DNA from: Longimicrobiales bacterium
GTDB lineage: Bacteria; Gemmatimonadota; Gemmatimonadetes; Longimicrobiales; Gaopeijiaceae
NCBI GenBank assembly: GCA_965202805.1
Contig: OZ241869.1
Location: 3,956,863-4,020,862 of the forward strand
Reading direction: 5' to 3'
DNA: 64,000 bases
Every line of letters begins with the position of its first letter. Position 1 is the stretch's first letter. Position numbers and translations under genes: made by a program. Positions 49,894 through 59,623 of this stretch are shown here, one piece after another. Below the pieces are notes generated by a model. The model saw nothing but the letters and a program-made list of their open reading frames with translations. It did not search any database and had not been told where the DNA came from.

Positions 49894-51039
49894 ATGCGCT
49901 CTCGCACGCTCGTGCCCACTCTCGGCGCGTTCCTCGAAAGCGAGGAGGCCGCTCCTTCGTCCGAACCGCCGGACTGGGTTCACGTGCTCACCGGCCTCGC
50001 CCGCGCGGGCACCCGCATCGCCCGGGTGGTGGCGCGCACGGGGCTGACCGGCACCTTGCCGCGCACGGGCGACCGCAACGTGCACGGTGAAGCGGCCACC
50101 CGCATCGACAAGTACGCCCACAACGCGATCGTGGAGGAGGTCCGCGCTGCCGAAGTGCTGTCCTGCATCATCTCCGAGGAGGCCGAGGACCTGATGCCCA
50201 TCCCCTTCGAGCACCCCGATGGTGGCTGCGTCCTCGCGGTGGACCCGCTCGACGGATCGTCCAACCTGGGGGTGAACGTGCCCGTGGGCACCATCTTCTC
50301 CCTGCTGCCGCGTACCGGGTCCGGCGGCGCGCTCCGATCCGGCTCCGGTGACACGCCCCGGCCCCGCTCCGGCGAAAACACCGGCTCGGGCGACGCGGCC
50401 TGCCCCCGATCCGATGACGCGGCCCGCTCCCGCTTCGATGACGCGCCCGGCTCCTCGCTCTCAGGCATTCTCCATCCCGGCCGCGACCAGATCGCCGCGG
50501 GATACATCCTGTACGGGGCCGCCACCACGCTGGTCTACACCAGCGGGCGGGGCGTGCACGGCTTCATCCGCGACCCCGAGAGCGGGGAGTTCCTCCTCAA
50601 CCGGCGCGACATCCGCATTCCCTCTCCGTCCGCCCGGCACTACTCGACCAACGAGGCCTATACCCGGCGGTGGGATCCGCGCCAGCACGAACTCGTGCGC
50701 CACTTCAAGAAGCCTCCGCCGGAGGGAGCCAAAGGCTTCTCGGCGCGCTACATCGGCTCGCTGGTGGCCGACATCCACCGCACCCTCCTGGTGGGAGGAC
50801 TCTTCATGTATCCCGCCTTCCGCGGGAAGCCGGAGGGCAAGCTGCGCCTGATGTACGAAGCGGCGCCCATGGCCCTGGTGATGGAGCAGGCGGGAGGAAG
50901 GGCCACCAACGGCACCGACGACATCCTCGACATCCGTCCCCGGGAAATCCACCAGCGCACCCCCCTCTTCGCGGGGGCGCGGGAGTTGGTGGATGTTGCG
51001 GCCTCCCACCTCGAAGGAGAGGCCGCCCGCGCTCGGTGA
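49894..51039 (+). CDS. fbp: Class 1 fructose-1,6-bisphosphatase
   Basis: SEE, DPLDGSSN, GTIFS, RYIGSLVAD, GKLRLMYEAAP and IHQRTP. Confidence 0.95.
   Translation: MRSRTLVPTLGAFLESEEAAPSSEPPDWVHVLTGLARAGTRIARVVARTGLTGTLPRTGDRNVHGEAATRIDKYAHNAIVEEVRAAEVLSCIISEEAEDLMPIPFEHPDGGCVLAVDPLDGSSNLGVNVPVGTIFSLLPRTGSGGALRSGSGDTPRPRSGENTGSGDAACPRSDDAARSRFDDAPGSSLSGILHPGRDQIAAGYILYGAATTLVYTSGRGVHGFIRDPESGEFLLNRRDIRIPSPSARHYSTNEAYTRRWDPRQHELVRHFKKPPPEGAKGFSARYIGSLVADIHRTLLVGGLFMYPAFRGKPEGKLRLMYEAAPMALVMEQAGGRATNGTDDILDIRPREIHQRTPLFAGARELVDVAASHLEGEAARAR
50318..50455 (+). repeat. Degenerate ~24-bp in-frame repeat insertion in fbp
   Basis: Units such as CGATCCGATGACGCGGCCCGCTCC and CGCTTCGATGACGCGCCCGGCTCC, encoding (G/R)S(G/D)DA-type peptides. 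Confidence 0.7.
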
Positions 51040-51052
51040 GGTCGGCGGTCAT

Positions 51053-51274
51053 TCAGTCGGCGGGATCGTCCAGCAGGCCGGCGTCGCCGCGCTCCATGAG
51101 CTCCCGGGCCGCCTCGGCCCATCCGGCCCTGGGATCGTCGTCAAGCCGTTCCAACAGCAAACCCGCATCCACGACGCGCATCCGCAACGAGGCATTGAGG
51201 CCAGCGGCCTCGATGAGCGCCTTCGGGATACGGACACCCCGTGAGTTCCCGATTCTGACGAGTCGTGTTCGCAT
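51053..51274 (-). CDS. AbrB/MazE family antitoxin (orphan)
   Basis: MRTRLVRIGNSRGVRIPKALIE...PRAGWAEA; no toxin ORF follows. Confidence 0.85.
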   Translation of the reverse strand: MRTRLVRIGNSRGVRIPKALIEAAGLNASLRMRVVDAGLLLERLDDDPRAGWAEAARELMERGDAGLLDDPAD

Positions 51275-51357
51275 TGTGGGCATCCGGCTCCGAGTGAGGC
51301 AGATGATTACATTGTCTACGATACAATCGCGGAGGCAAGCAGCTGCGCGTGGATGAC

Positions 51358-52368
51358 CTACGGGCAGTTCGACGTCACCGTGGCGCGCTTGTCCCTGAGC
51401 GCCTCGATGTCCTCGCAGGAAACTGCGGTTCGCTCCAGCCACACGGTGTCGTCCCGGCCGACCCCCGGGTTGTCGATGAGCGGCCGGATGTCGCTCAGCT
51501 CCCGGTTGTCGTTGAGCTTCACCAGGGACAGCAGGATCATGTCGATGAGCGGGCTGAGGTCGGTGACCGTCGTGCTCTCGATGCCGATGATCAGGAGGTT
51601 GTCGAGTTCGGTCAGCGCCGACAGATCGGGGACGGTGTTGCGGCCCACATCCAGCGTCTGCAGCGTCCACAAGCCGGCGATGGGGCCGAGGTCGGTGATG
51701 TCGTTGTTGTAGAGTTCCAGCCGCAGCATTCCTTCAAGCCCTGAGAGCGGCGTCAGGTCGCTGATCCGGTTGTTCGATCCACCAAGCTGTTCGAGCTGAC
51801 TCATGTTGCGCACGGGCGAGAGGTCGGAGACCTGGTTCTCGCCGAAGCTCAGTGCCAACATGGCCGTCAGCCCCGCGAGCGGGCTCAGGTCCGTGATCGA
51901 ATTCTCGCGCACGTCCAGGTACTCGAGACCGGTGAGCGCGGCGAGCGGGTCAAGGTCCTCGATCCCGTTCTGGGCGACCAGGAGCTCGGTGAGCCCGGTC
52001 AGGTTCTCGATTCCGGAGAGATCCTGGATGCCTGTGGCGTTGACGCCCAGGGACTCCAGCGAAGCGACGCGCCCGCAGGTGAGCGATTGCTCCGGGTCGA
52101 GATCGAGCGCCGCGCGCACCCCGGCTTCGAGCGCGGCATCGGCGAAGGTCGGAATCGCGTTGTCGTCCGAGGCGCAGTGTTCGCCGGGGCTCAGGGTCGG
52201 TCCGGTGGCGTCGCCGCACGCGCATAGGGCGAGCAGAACTGAGCCTATCCAGGCGCGCCCGATTGCTGGAAATGGAGGGTGCGTGTTTCCCGCAAAAAGG
52301 GCGCGCATAGTGGTCGCCTTCGGAACGCGCACCGATCGTCTCATCCGGACGTGGTTCGATTCGGTCAT
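51358..52368 (-). CDS. Internalin-like leucine-rich-repeat lipoprotein (start 52368 or 52308)
   Basis: Lipobox-like LALCAC, cap FADAALEAGVRAAL and about 9 LRRs of 22 aa (N.I.DL.PL..L..L). Confidence 0.88.
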   Translation of the reverse strand: MTESNHVRMRRSVRVPKATTMRALFAGNTHPPFPAIGRAWIGSVLLALCACGDATGPTLSPGEHCASDDNAIPTFADAALEAGVRAALDLDPEQSLTCGRVASLESLGVNATGIQDLSGIENLTGLTELLVAQNGIEDLDPLAALTGLEYLDVRENSITDLSPLAGLTAMLALSFGENQVSDLSPVRNMSQLEQLGGSNNRISDLTPLSGLEGMLRLELYNNDITDLGPIAGLWTLQTLDVGRNTVPDLSALTELDNLLIIGIESTTVTDLSPLIDMILLSLVKLNDNRELSDIRPLIDNPGVGRDDTVWLERTAVSCEDIEALRDKRATVTSNCP

Positions 52369-52826
52369 GGGATCACTCCCCAAACAAGCCGGAAGACGGG
52401 TGCGAGCTTGTTCACCGGCGGCTCGGGGATTTCCTGCCCTCCGCCGGTTTTGCCGACGGTCCGTGCCCAGCTTATGGAAACCGCGAGGAAGCCGGCTGCC
52501 AGGCCGGCCGTCTTGACCGGGTCGAATCGCGGGACCTCGAACCCGTGCACGTCTGACAACCGCACGCCTCGTCTGGGGGGCGCAAACGGCCCGACCGCCA
52601 CCCGGGCAGTTGCCGACACGATCGAGTCGTTCACCACGATCGGGCGCCGGATCGTCACCTGATCCCCGGTGGCAGCGGTCAGGCGCACTTCCGGAGGACT
52701 CTCGCGGACGATCCAGTTCGCCGGGGTTTCCATGACCGGCTGCCAGCTCTTGCATCCCGAAAGGAGTGCGAGGGCGAGGATGGCTGGAGTCGAGAACACG
52801 CGGTCCCGGCAGTACCCGGTCTTCAT
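52365..52826 (-). CDS. Hypothetical lipoprotein
   Basis: GGAGG RBS; LALALLSGC lipobox; C-terminal hydrophobic segment. Confidence 0.7.
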   Translation of the reverse strand: MKTGYCRDRVFSTPAILALALLSGCKSWQPVMETPANWIVRESPPEVRLTAATGDQVTIRRPIVVNDSIVSATARVAVGPFAPPRRGVRLSDVHGFEVPRFDPVKTAGLAAGFLAVSISWARTVGKTGGGQEIPEPPVNKLAPVFRLVWGVIP

Positions 52827-52959
52827 GGCCTGCTGCACCTCCCCTGAGTGATGGCCTTGCTGGGAGCATTCGCCTCTTTTCCGTGGTCCAGAACATATGC
52901 GAGGCGGTCGTGTACCTCCAGACTACACCAAGCCAGCCTTTCGTTGCCCCGAGGTGACC

Positions 52960-53454
52960 ATGACCTTTCCGACGCAATCGCGGCCGCGCCGCCCTGCCAC
53001 AGCCTCGGCCCGCCGGGACTCCCGCTTCGTTTCCGGGCCCAGGACGGCCCTTTCGGCAGCCTCCGGCACCCTGCTCGTGCTCCTGATCGTCGCGTGCGGC
53101 GGGGGTGCCGGTGGCGGGCCCGCGAACTCACCGGACGCGCCGGCGGACGCCGAGGCCGAAACCCGTTCCTATCCCCGCAACCGGATCTCGCGCGAGGAGA
53201 TCATGGAGCGCGGCGACAACGCGAGCACCGCGATGGAAGTGGTCCGCCGCCTGCGGCCCGGGTGGCTGCTGGCGCGCGGTGCCGACCCGGTGGTGTATGT
53301 CGACAACGTCCGTCGGCCGGGTGGGATGGACGCGCTCTTCAGCGTTCCCGTCGGCCAGATCCGGCTGTTGGAGTTCATCGGTGCGGCCGACGCCACAACG
53401 CGCTGGGGGACGGGCCACACGGGCGGAGTGATTCAGGTCGTTACCGGCGGTTGA
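52960..53454 (+). CDS. Lipoprotein with stand-alone TonB-receptor plug-like domain (paralog 1)
   Basis: GAGGTG RBS; LIVAC lipobox; ISREEI, PVVYVD and ATTRWGTGHTGGVIQVVT. Confidence 0.8.
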   Translation: MTFPTQSRPRRPATASARRDSRFVSGPRTALSAASGTLLVLLIVACGGGAGGGPANSPDAPADAEAETRSYPRNRISREEIMERGDNASTAMEVVRRLRPGWLLARGADPVVYVDNVRRPGGMDALFSVPVGQIRLLEFIGAADATTRWGTGHTGGVIQVVTGG

Positions 53455-53520
53455 ACTCGGGCAGTCTCAGGGGGGTACCTGTAGCCTACACCGTGCCGCT
53501 TCTACACTGCCTGGGTGATC

Positions 53521-54036
53521 ATGAACCTCCCGACCTCTTTTCAGCCCCGGTGCGCCATCCGACATCCACGAGGTACAGCCCGCTCTGCCGGCCTGCAGAC
53601 GACTCCCGTGGTGGCCTGCGGTTTCCTGTTTACCGTCCTGGCCACCGCGTGCGGCGGCGGCGCCGGCGGCGCTCCCGCGAACTACCCGGATGCAACCGCC
53701 GCCGATGAAGCTCAGGTCCGTTCCTACCCCCCAAACGAGATCTCGCGCGCCGAGATCGACGAACGAGGGGCGAACGCGCACACCGCGATGCAGTTTCTCC
53801 GCCGCGTCCGTCCGGCCTGGCTGCGCTCACGCGGCTCCAACTCCCTTACCTCCGCCGGCGCCATGTACCCCGTCATATACATCGACAACATCCGCCGGCC
53901 GGGTGGCCTGAGCGCGCTCTTCCAGGTCCCGCTGAGCGAGGTTCGACGGATGGAGTTCATCGGCCCCGGCGACGCCACGACGCGCTGGGGCACGGGCCAT
54001 CAGTCCGGGGTGATCCTGATCGTGACCGGTCGCTGA
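53521..54036 (+). CDS. Lipoprotein with stand-alone TonB-receptor plug-like domain (paralog 2)
   Basis: LATAC lipobox; ISRAEI, PVIYID and ATTRWGTGHQSGVILIVT; highly similar to the upstream paralog. Confidence 0.8.
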   Translation: MNLPTSFQPRCAIRHPRGTARSAGLQTTPVVACGFLFTVLATACGGGAGGAPANYPDATAADEAQVRSYPPNEISRAEIDERGANAHTAMQFLRRVRPAWLRSRGSNSLTSAGAMYPVIYIDNIRRPGGLSALFQVPLSEVRRMEFIGPGDATTRWGTGHQSGVILIVTGR

Positions 54037-54071
54037 CGGTCGTTCTGCCCGCGTCCAGAGCACAGCCGCGC

Positions 54072-54121
54072 AAAAAGAAACCGGAGGCAAGGCCATCGGG
54101 GCCCGCCTCCGGTTCTTTCTT
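54072..54121. terminator. Bidirectional intrinsic terminator
   Basis: AACCGGAGGC...GCCTCCGGTT stem flanked by A-rich and T-rich tracts, between convergent genes. Confidence 0.7.
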
Positions 54122-54196
54122 CCTCTGGGAGTCAGATCCTCGGGATCCTCGGGATCGTCCTCACCTTGCGGAATCAGCCGATCACGCGCGCGCCAA

Positions 54197-55513
54197 TCAG
54201 CCGCCTGTGATCGTGGTGTTGTTCTGGAACTCCGTGGCCGGCAGGTCGAAGCAAAGCTGGTTGCCGTACACCGCGCCGAAACCGTCGTCCTGTCCGATCG
54301 GCGGATAGGGCCGGACTCCGAGCCGCCTCAAATCCCACAGGTGGTGTCCCTCCAGGAACAGTTCCGCGGCGCGCTCCTCGATGAGTTGCTCCATCATGCC
54401 GCTCATGTCCATGGAGCCCATATGAGGAGACATGTCGGCGTTGGCACGCAACGTGTTGAAGATCGACGACGCTTGGCCGTAGTTGCCCGCTTCGATAGCG
54501 GCCTCGGCGATGATCAGCTGCGCCTCCTCCCAACTGGCGAGCTGCACCGGAGCACTTGCGCTGGGATACTTCTCGGCGAACCAGAGGGCGATTCCCGTGT
54601 TGGTGTGGCCCCGCTCCTGGTCGGTCACCAAGACGCGCGTATCGAGTTCCTCCATGCACTCCGACATCATGTCGTCGGGCCAGGGGAAGTTGCAGGGGAA
54701 GTTCCGGTAGGGCTCCGCCACCGTGACCATGTTGTTGTCGACGTTGAACTCCCACTGCTTGTTCTTGGTGACCGATTCGGCACCTGAGTACTTGAGCAGC
54801 CACTCGAAGCCCTCGGGTACCGCGCTGGCCGTGCCGGCCGCGGCCGAGGTCTGTCCCAGATTGAGCTGGGCCCGGGCCTTGCCGACCCGCACGGCGTTGA
54901 GGAGGTCGCCCGAGGCTCCGGCCGCCGCCGCCTGGTCGAAGCGGTCAATCGCCGTGTTGAAGCCGTCGGCGGGGGTGACGACGGGCCCGTTGTCGACCAG
55001 CACCAGCTCGCACATCGCCTCGGAAAACAGCGTGTAGGTGTAGCCGGCGTACATCGCCACTTCGGCGATCATGGCCGTCCTGTCGGGGACGTCTGCGTCG
55101 GTCCACTCATTCAGCAGGCCGAGCACGTAGTCGGCCAGCCAGCGCGTCCTTGAGAGCGGACGGTAGATCGCCGGGCTGAAGGTGTCCCCGCAGTCGCGCT
55201 GCGCGTACTGGGAGCCGTAGCCGCTGGTGTCGTGGATGCGGGCGTCCCAGATGTTGGAAATGGTATTGTTGGAGGCGTCCCGCCACTCGTTGCCGGTGAG
55301 GGCGCTCGCGGTGGCGTGGTAGGTATGGGTGCAGCGGAACTCGTTGGCGACGCTGGCCACGAGAAGCTGCGCCGAATTCGGGTCCTCCAGGTCGCTCGCC
55401 ACCACTTGGGAGGGGGCAGGCACGCTCAGCAACTCGTCGAGCGCGTCACACGAAGCCAGCAGCGCGATGGGTGCGAGAACCAGGGCGGAAGCCTTGATCA
55501 GTTGCTTAGTCAT
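54197..55513 (-). CDS. RagB/SusD family outer-membrane lipoprotein
   Basis: LLASC lipobox; EAQLIIAEA, ERAAELFLEGHHLWDLRR and LP..E..NN. Confidence 0.9.
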   Translation of the reverse strand: MTKQLIKASALVLAPIALLASCDALDELLSVPAPSQVVASDLEDPNSAQLLVASVANEFRCTHTYHATASALTGNEWRDASNNTISNIWDARIHDTSGYGSQYAQRDCGDTFSPAIYRPLSRTRWLADYVLGLLNEWTDADVPDRTAMIAEVAMYAGYTYTLFSEAMCELVLVDNGPVVTPADGFNTAIDRFDQAAAAGASGDLLNAVRVGKARAQLNLGQTSAAAGTASAVPEGFEWLLKYSGAESVTKNKQWEFNVDNNMVTVAEPYRNFPCNFPWPDDMMSECMEELDTRVLVTDQERGHTNTGIALWFAEKYPSASAPVQLASWEEAQLIIAEAAIEAGNYGQASSIFNTLRANADMSPHMGSMDMSGMMEQLIEERAAELFLEGHHLWDLRRLGVRPYPPIGQDDGFGAVYGNQLCFDLPATEFQNNTTITGG

Positions 55514-55525
55514 GACAAGCCTCCT

Positions 55526-58501
55526 TTACATGCCCAGGCGGACGGTGAGGGTGATGGAAGTGAGCGGTGGTACCGCGGAGTCCTCCTGCGGCTCGCGGTT
55601 GCCCGAGAAGGTGTTGCTCGGGTCCACGACCTCGGGATCGTGGTGAGGCCACTCCGTCCAGTTGGTCCAGAGCATGGCCAGGTTGCGGGCCGACAGGCTG
55701 AGGCTTCCGCGCGTCGACCGCACCATCCCGAGCCACTCCTGCGGCATCTGGTAGGTGAGCGAGAGCTCGCGGAAGCGCACGAACGACGCCTCGTTGACCC
55801 AGAGATCGTACTCGCCCGTCGAACCGAACTGCGCCTCGGCGACCTTGCGGATGTCGTGGTCGAACGGGTAGGCGGTGAGCTCGCTCTGCTGGATGGCGCC
55901 GTACCTCCACCAGCCCTGCAGGTCGTACTTGGTCTGGCCGATCTTGCCCTGAACCAGGGCGTCCACGGTCAGCCGCTCGCCGATCGTGAACGACGACCCC
56001 ACGGAGATCTCCAGGTTCGGGTCTGGATGGCCCTGGTAGATCCACGCCTCCTCGTTGCAGGGTATGTACGGGGCGTTGTCATCCTCGTCGACGGAGTGGC
56101 AGAGGAGGGTCTCCCGGTTGATCTGATCGGAGCCGGGAAGGAACTCGGCGAAGGCGACGCTCGGAGCGAAGAGCGAACCCAGCGGGTAGCCTTCGTGGTG
56201 ACGCGTGGTCCAGCCCAGCTGAAGGAAGCAGGTGTCTCTCAGCTCGGGCTTGCCGCTGCACGGCAGACCCAGGCTCACGATCCGGTTGCGGTTGGTGCTG
56301 GCGTTGACGATGAAGTCCCAGTCCAGCGCGTCCGTCTCCATGAGGCGGGCATTCAGCCCGAGCTCGATGCCCCGGTTGTTGATCTCGCCGATGTTGACGA
56401 ACTGGTCCGCGAGGAAGCCGGTCGAGGGCGGAACCTGGCGCGCGACGATGGCGTCCTTGGTGCTCTGGTTGTAGAAGGTGAAGTCGATGGAGACGCGGTC
56501 GTTGAAGAGGCTGGCGTCGAAGCCGGCCTCGATCTCCACGCCCCGCTCGGGACCCAGCTCCGAGTTGCCTGGGGAGTTCGGCCTCACGGTCGCCGTGCCC
56601 GCGGGGGACGCGCGCGTCGCGTAGCTGCGCAGCGCGGAGAAGGCGTCGGGCTGCTGCCCCGACTCGCCGTAGGCGCCCCGCAGGCGGAAGGAGTTGAGGA
56701 AACCCGTGCCGCCGTCGGAGACCACCCAGGAGCCGCTTACCTTCGGATATACGATGAGGTCGAAGTCCTCACCGAAGGCGCTATTGTCGTCGGCGCGCAC
56801 GGCACCGGTAATGAAGAACCGGTCCTGCCACCCGAACTGCTGCTGCAGGTAGACGCCCACCGTGTTGTTCTCGACGAATCCGTCGAAGCCCTGGCGTTCG
56901 GCCGTGGCGTTCACGCTCGTAAGCCCCAGCGCCGGGAAGCGGTCGCCGTCCGCGGTCACGTCCTCGATGGTCCGGGTGTAGACCTGGAACCCGACCGACG
57001 TCGTGCCGAGAAGGTCCTCGGTAATGTCGCGGGTGGAGGACGCCGCGTAGTCGAAGGTGGTGTAGACGACCGCCTCACGATTGGCCCTGCGCCCGCCCGC
57101 CGCCGAGTTGGTCGACCAGAACTGCGCCGACTCCGGGGTCAGGAAGGGATTCAGGTTTTCCTCGAGCTGGTCGGTCACGTCCAGCCCGAAGGTGAACCTG
57201 TGGGTGAGCCAGTCGAAGGGGGTATGCGCCGCCGTGAGTCCCGCCGTCAGGCGATTGGCGTTGTTGTAGATGTTGTTCCGCTCGTACATCGCCTCCGGCG
57301 TGTAGCGCCGGTAGCCCCTGCGCGCCGTGCCCAAGGTTGTCGGGGTGGCGCGGATCGCCTCCTCGTACGGCTGGTCGCCGCCCAGCCGGATGCGGGTGAG
57401 CGCCACGCCGGCGTTGGCGGAGATGGTGAGATCCTCGTTGGGCTGTGCCTGGACGTTCACCCGACCGTTGTACTTCTTGGCCCAGCTGTCCTCGGTTACG
57501 CCACGGTCCGAAGACGCGGATCCGGCCACGAAATACTGGAAGAGATCGCTCCCTCCGGAGAGGTCGATGCCGTAGTATTGGGTGTGGCCCGTGTTGAACA
57601 TGAGATCCTGCTCTGCCGGGTAGTCCCGGAACATGTTGATCTCTTCGAGCTGGCCGCTGATGTTGCTCACGCCGTAGTTAGTGGGCGTGCGCCCGGCCGG
57701 ATCCCGGAACCACTGCGCGCCCTGGCGAAAGGTGAAGTTCCACTGGGCGTCGCCGACGGCTCCCATCTTGGTTTTGATGTTGATGACCCCGTTGGCCGCC
57801 TCGGTGCCGTAGAGGGTGGCCGCCGCGGGGCCCTTGATGACCTCGATGCTCTCGATCATGGCGGGGTCGAGGTCGTCGATGCGGGATACGTCGCGCGAGT
57901 TGCTCTCCATGCGGTTGCTGACGCGGATTCCGTCGATGTATACGAGCGGGCCGTCGTTGACCTCGCGCATGGTCGAGCTGCCGCGGATCTTGATGGTGGA
58001 GGCGGCGCCGGCATCGCCCGAGCCCTGCTGGATCACGACCCCGGCCAGGCGGCCGCGCAGCAGGTCGGAGACGTTCTGGAGCGGTGCGACCTCTGCCACG
58101 GACGCGTCGAGGACCGCCACCGAGTTGCCGATCTCTCGCACGCGGCTCGCCGCCGCCGTGCCGGTCACGACCAACTCGTCAAGCTGCAGCGCCTGCGAGG
58201 CGAGGAAGAAGTTCTGGACGGTCGAGGCATCTTCCGTGACGGTCACCTCGACCGACTCCGACCGGTAGCCGATGGACTGCACGGTGAGCGTGTGCGTGCC
58301 GGCCGGCACGTTGATGATGAGGTACTGGCCGTCGGCCTGGCTGAGCGAGCCGATGTCGAGCCCTTCGATGAAGACCTGGGCCGCGTTGACCGGATTCCCC
58401 GTGGCCTGATCCCGAACGGTGCCCGTCACCGTCTGCGCCTGAAGCAGCGTCGGCGATGCCATCGCGAGAGCGATGAGGGCGAACAAGATGTTGCGTCTCA
58501 C
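55526..58501 (-). CDS. SusC/RagA family TonB-dependent receptor
   Basis: N-terminal extension (VTGTVRD), LDELVVTG, IRGSST, IESIEVIKGPAAATLYGTEAANGVI and ASFVRFRELSL. Confidence 0.95.
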   Translation of the reverse strand: MRRNILFALIALAMASPTLLQAQTVTGTVRDQATGNPVNAAQVFIEGLDIGSLSQADGQYLIINVPAGTHTLTVQSIGYRSESVEVTVTEDASTVQNFFLASQALQLDELVVTGTAAASRVREIGNSVAVLDASVAEVAPLQNVSDLLRGRLAGVVIQQGSGDAGAASTIKIRGSSTMREVNDGPLVYIDGIRVSNRMESNSRDVSRIDDLDPAMIESIEVIKGPAAATLYGTEAANGVINIKTKMGAVGDAQWNFTFRQGAQWFRDPAGRTPTNYGVSNISGQLEEINMFRDYPAEQDLMFNTGHTQYYGIDLSGGSDLFQYFVAGSASSDRGVTEDSWAKKYNGRVNVQAQPNEDLTISANAGVALTRIRLGGDQPYEEAIRATPTTLGTARRGYRRYTPEAMYERNNIYNNANRLTAGLTAAHTPFDWLTHRFTFGLDVTDQLEENLNPFLTPESAQFWSTNSAAGGRRANREAVVYTTFDYAASSTRDITEDLLGTTSVGFQVYTRTIEDVTADGDRFPALGLTSVNATAERQGFDGFVENNTVGVYLQQQFGWQDRFFITGAVRADDNSAFGEDFDLIVYPKVSGSWVVSDGGTGFLNSFRLRGAYGESGQQPDAFSALRSYATRASPAGTATVRPNSPGNSELGPERGVEIEAGFDASLFNDRVSIDFTFYNQSTKDAIVARQVPPSTGFLADQFVNIGEINNRGIELGLNARLMETDALDWDFIVNASTNRNRIVSLGLPCSGKPELRDTCFLQLGWTTRHHEGYPLGSLFAPSVAFAEFLPGSDQINRETLLCHSVDEDDNAPYIPCNEEAWIYQGHPDPNLEISVGSSFTIGERLTVDALVQGKIGQTKYDLQGWWRYGAIQQSELTAYPFDHDIRKVAEAQFGSTGEYDLWVNEASFVRFRELSLTYQMPQEWLGMVRSTRGSLSLSARNLAMLWTNWTEWPHHDPEVVDPSNTFSGNREPQEDSAVPPLTSITLTVRLGM

Positions 58502-58789
58502 GGATCTCCTCCTTTCCAGAGTCGCGAAGTGAACGTACGCCGGAATAACCCGAGCGCGACATGCGATAATAGGTTACCACCCGCGCGAGTGACAAGAGCA
58601 GCGCTGGAACAGCTGCGGGATGCGGCTCCTGGGCGTGGGCTCCAGCCGTCCGGGCCAGGCGAGTCCTCCGTTCCATCGACGGCGCACTCCTTGCCTTCGA
58701 TGCGGAAGGCCACGGAGAATTGACCGGCGTCGTGGACCCTTCCCGAGGCCGCCGATCTGCCTGGTACTGACACTGCAAGCCCCCGAACC

Positions 58790-59611
58790 GTGATCGAAAT
58801 CCGCGAGCTGACCCGCACCTTCGGCGATACCGTCGCCGTGGACGGCCTGGACATGGTCGTCAGGCCCGGTGAGATCGTGGGCTTTCTGGGTCCCAACGGG
58901 GCGGGGAAGACGACCACGGTAAAGATCCTCGCCTGCATGCTCGCTCCGTCGAGCGGTTCGGCCAGCGTGGCCGGTTTCGATGTCACCGAGGAATCGATGG
59001 AGGTGAAGCGGCGCATCGGTTATGTGCCCGAGACGGGGGCCCTCTACGAGACGCTGACCGCCGGCGAGTACCTGACGATGGTGGCGAACCTCCGGGGCAT
59101 CCACGGGAGCCGTGCCGAGAGTCGGGTCTCCGAGTTGCTCGATCTGTTCGGCATCCTGGATGCCCGCGACCTGCGTCTGGCCCAGCACTCCAAGGGGATG
59201 AAGCAGAAGGTGCTGATCAGTTCGGCGCTGATCGGCAACCCCGAAGTGCTCTACCTCGACGAACCGCTGGGCGGGCTCGACGCGAACGCCGCGCTGGTGG
59301 TGAAGCAGCTCCTGCGCGAACTGGCCTCCCAGGGACGCACCATCCTCTTCTGTTCGCACATTCTCGATGTCGTGGAGCGCGTCTGCAGCCGCATCGTCGT
59401 CATCGACAAGGGGCGCAAGGTGGCCGAAGGATCCGCCGAACGCATCGCCCGGGATACCGGTACCGCGAGCCTGGAGGCGGCGTTCGCCCGGCTCACCGGG
59501 GTGCGGGACGCGGGCGAGGTCACCCGGGGGCTGCTCTCGGCGCTGGAGGACGGCGCGGAACCCTCGGATCCGGGATCCGGAGAGGATCAGGGCATGCTCG
59601 AAGAGGAGTAG
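58790..59611 (+). CDS. ABC transporter ATP-binding protein
   Basis: Walker A GPNGAGKT, signature SKGMKQK, Walker B LYLDEP and H-loop SH. Confidence 0.95.
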   Translation: MIEIRELTRTFGDTVAVDGLDMVVRPGEIVGFLGPNGAGKTTTVKILACMLAPSSGSASVAGFDVTEESMEVKRRIGYVPETGALYETLTAGEYLTMVANLRGIHGSRAESRVSELLDLFGILDARDLRLAQHSKGMKQKVLISSALIGNPEVLYLDEPLGGLDANAALVVKQLLRELASQGRTILFCSHILDVVERVCSRIVVIDKGRKVAEGSAERIARDTGTASLEAAFARLTGVRDAGEVTRGLLSALEDGAEPSDPGSGEDQGMLEEE

Positions 59612-59623
59612 AGGTCGGACATC

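Noticed and set aside
54135..54160. GATCCTCGG short tandem repeat
   Set aside because: Only about 2.5 copies in a terminator region; likely slippage noise.
54197..58501. SusC/SusD pair as a polysaccharide utilisation locus
   Set aside because: No adjacent glycoside hydrolases or sugar regulators; substrate cannot be inferred.
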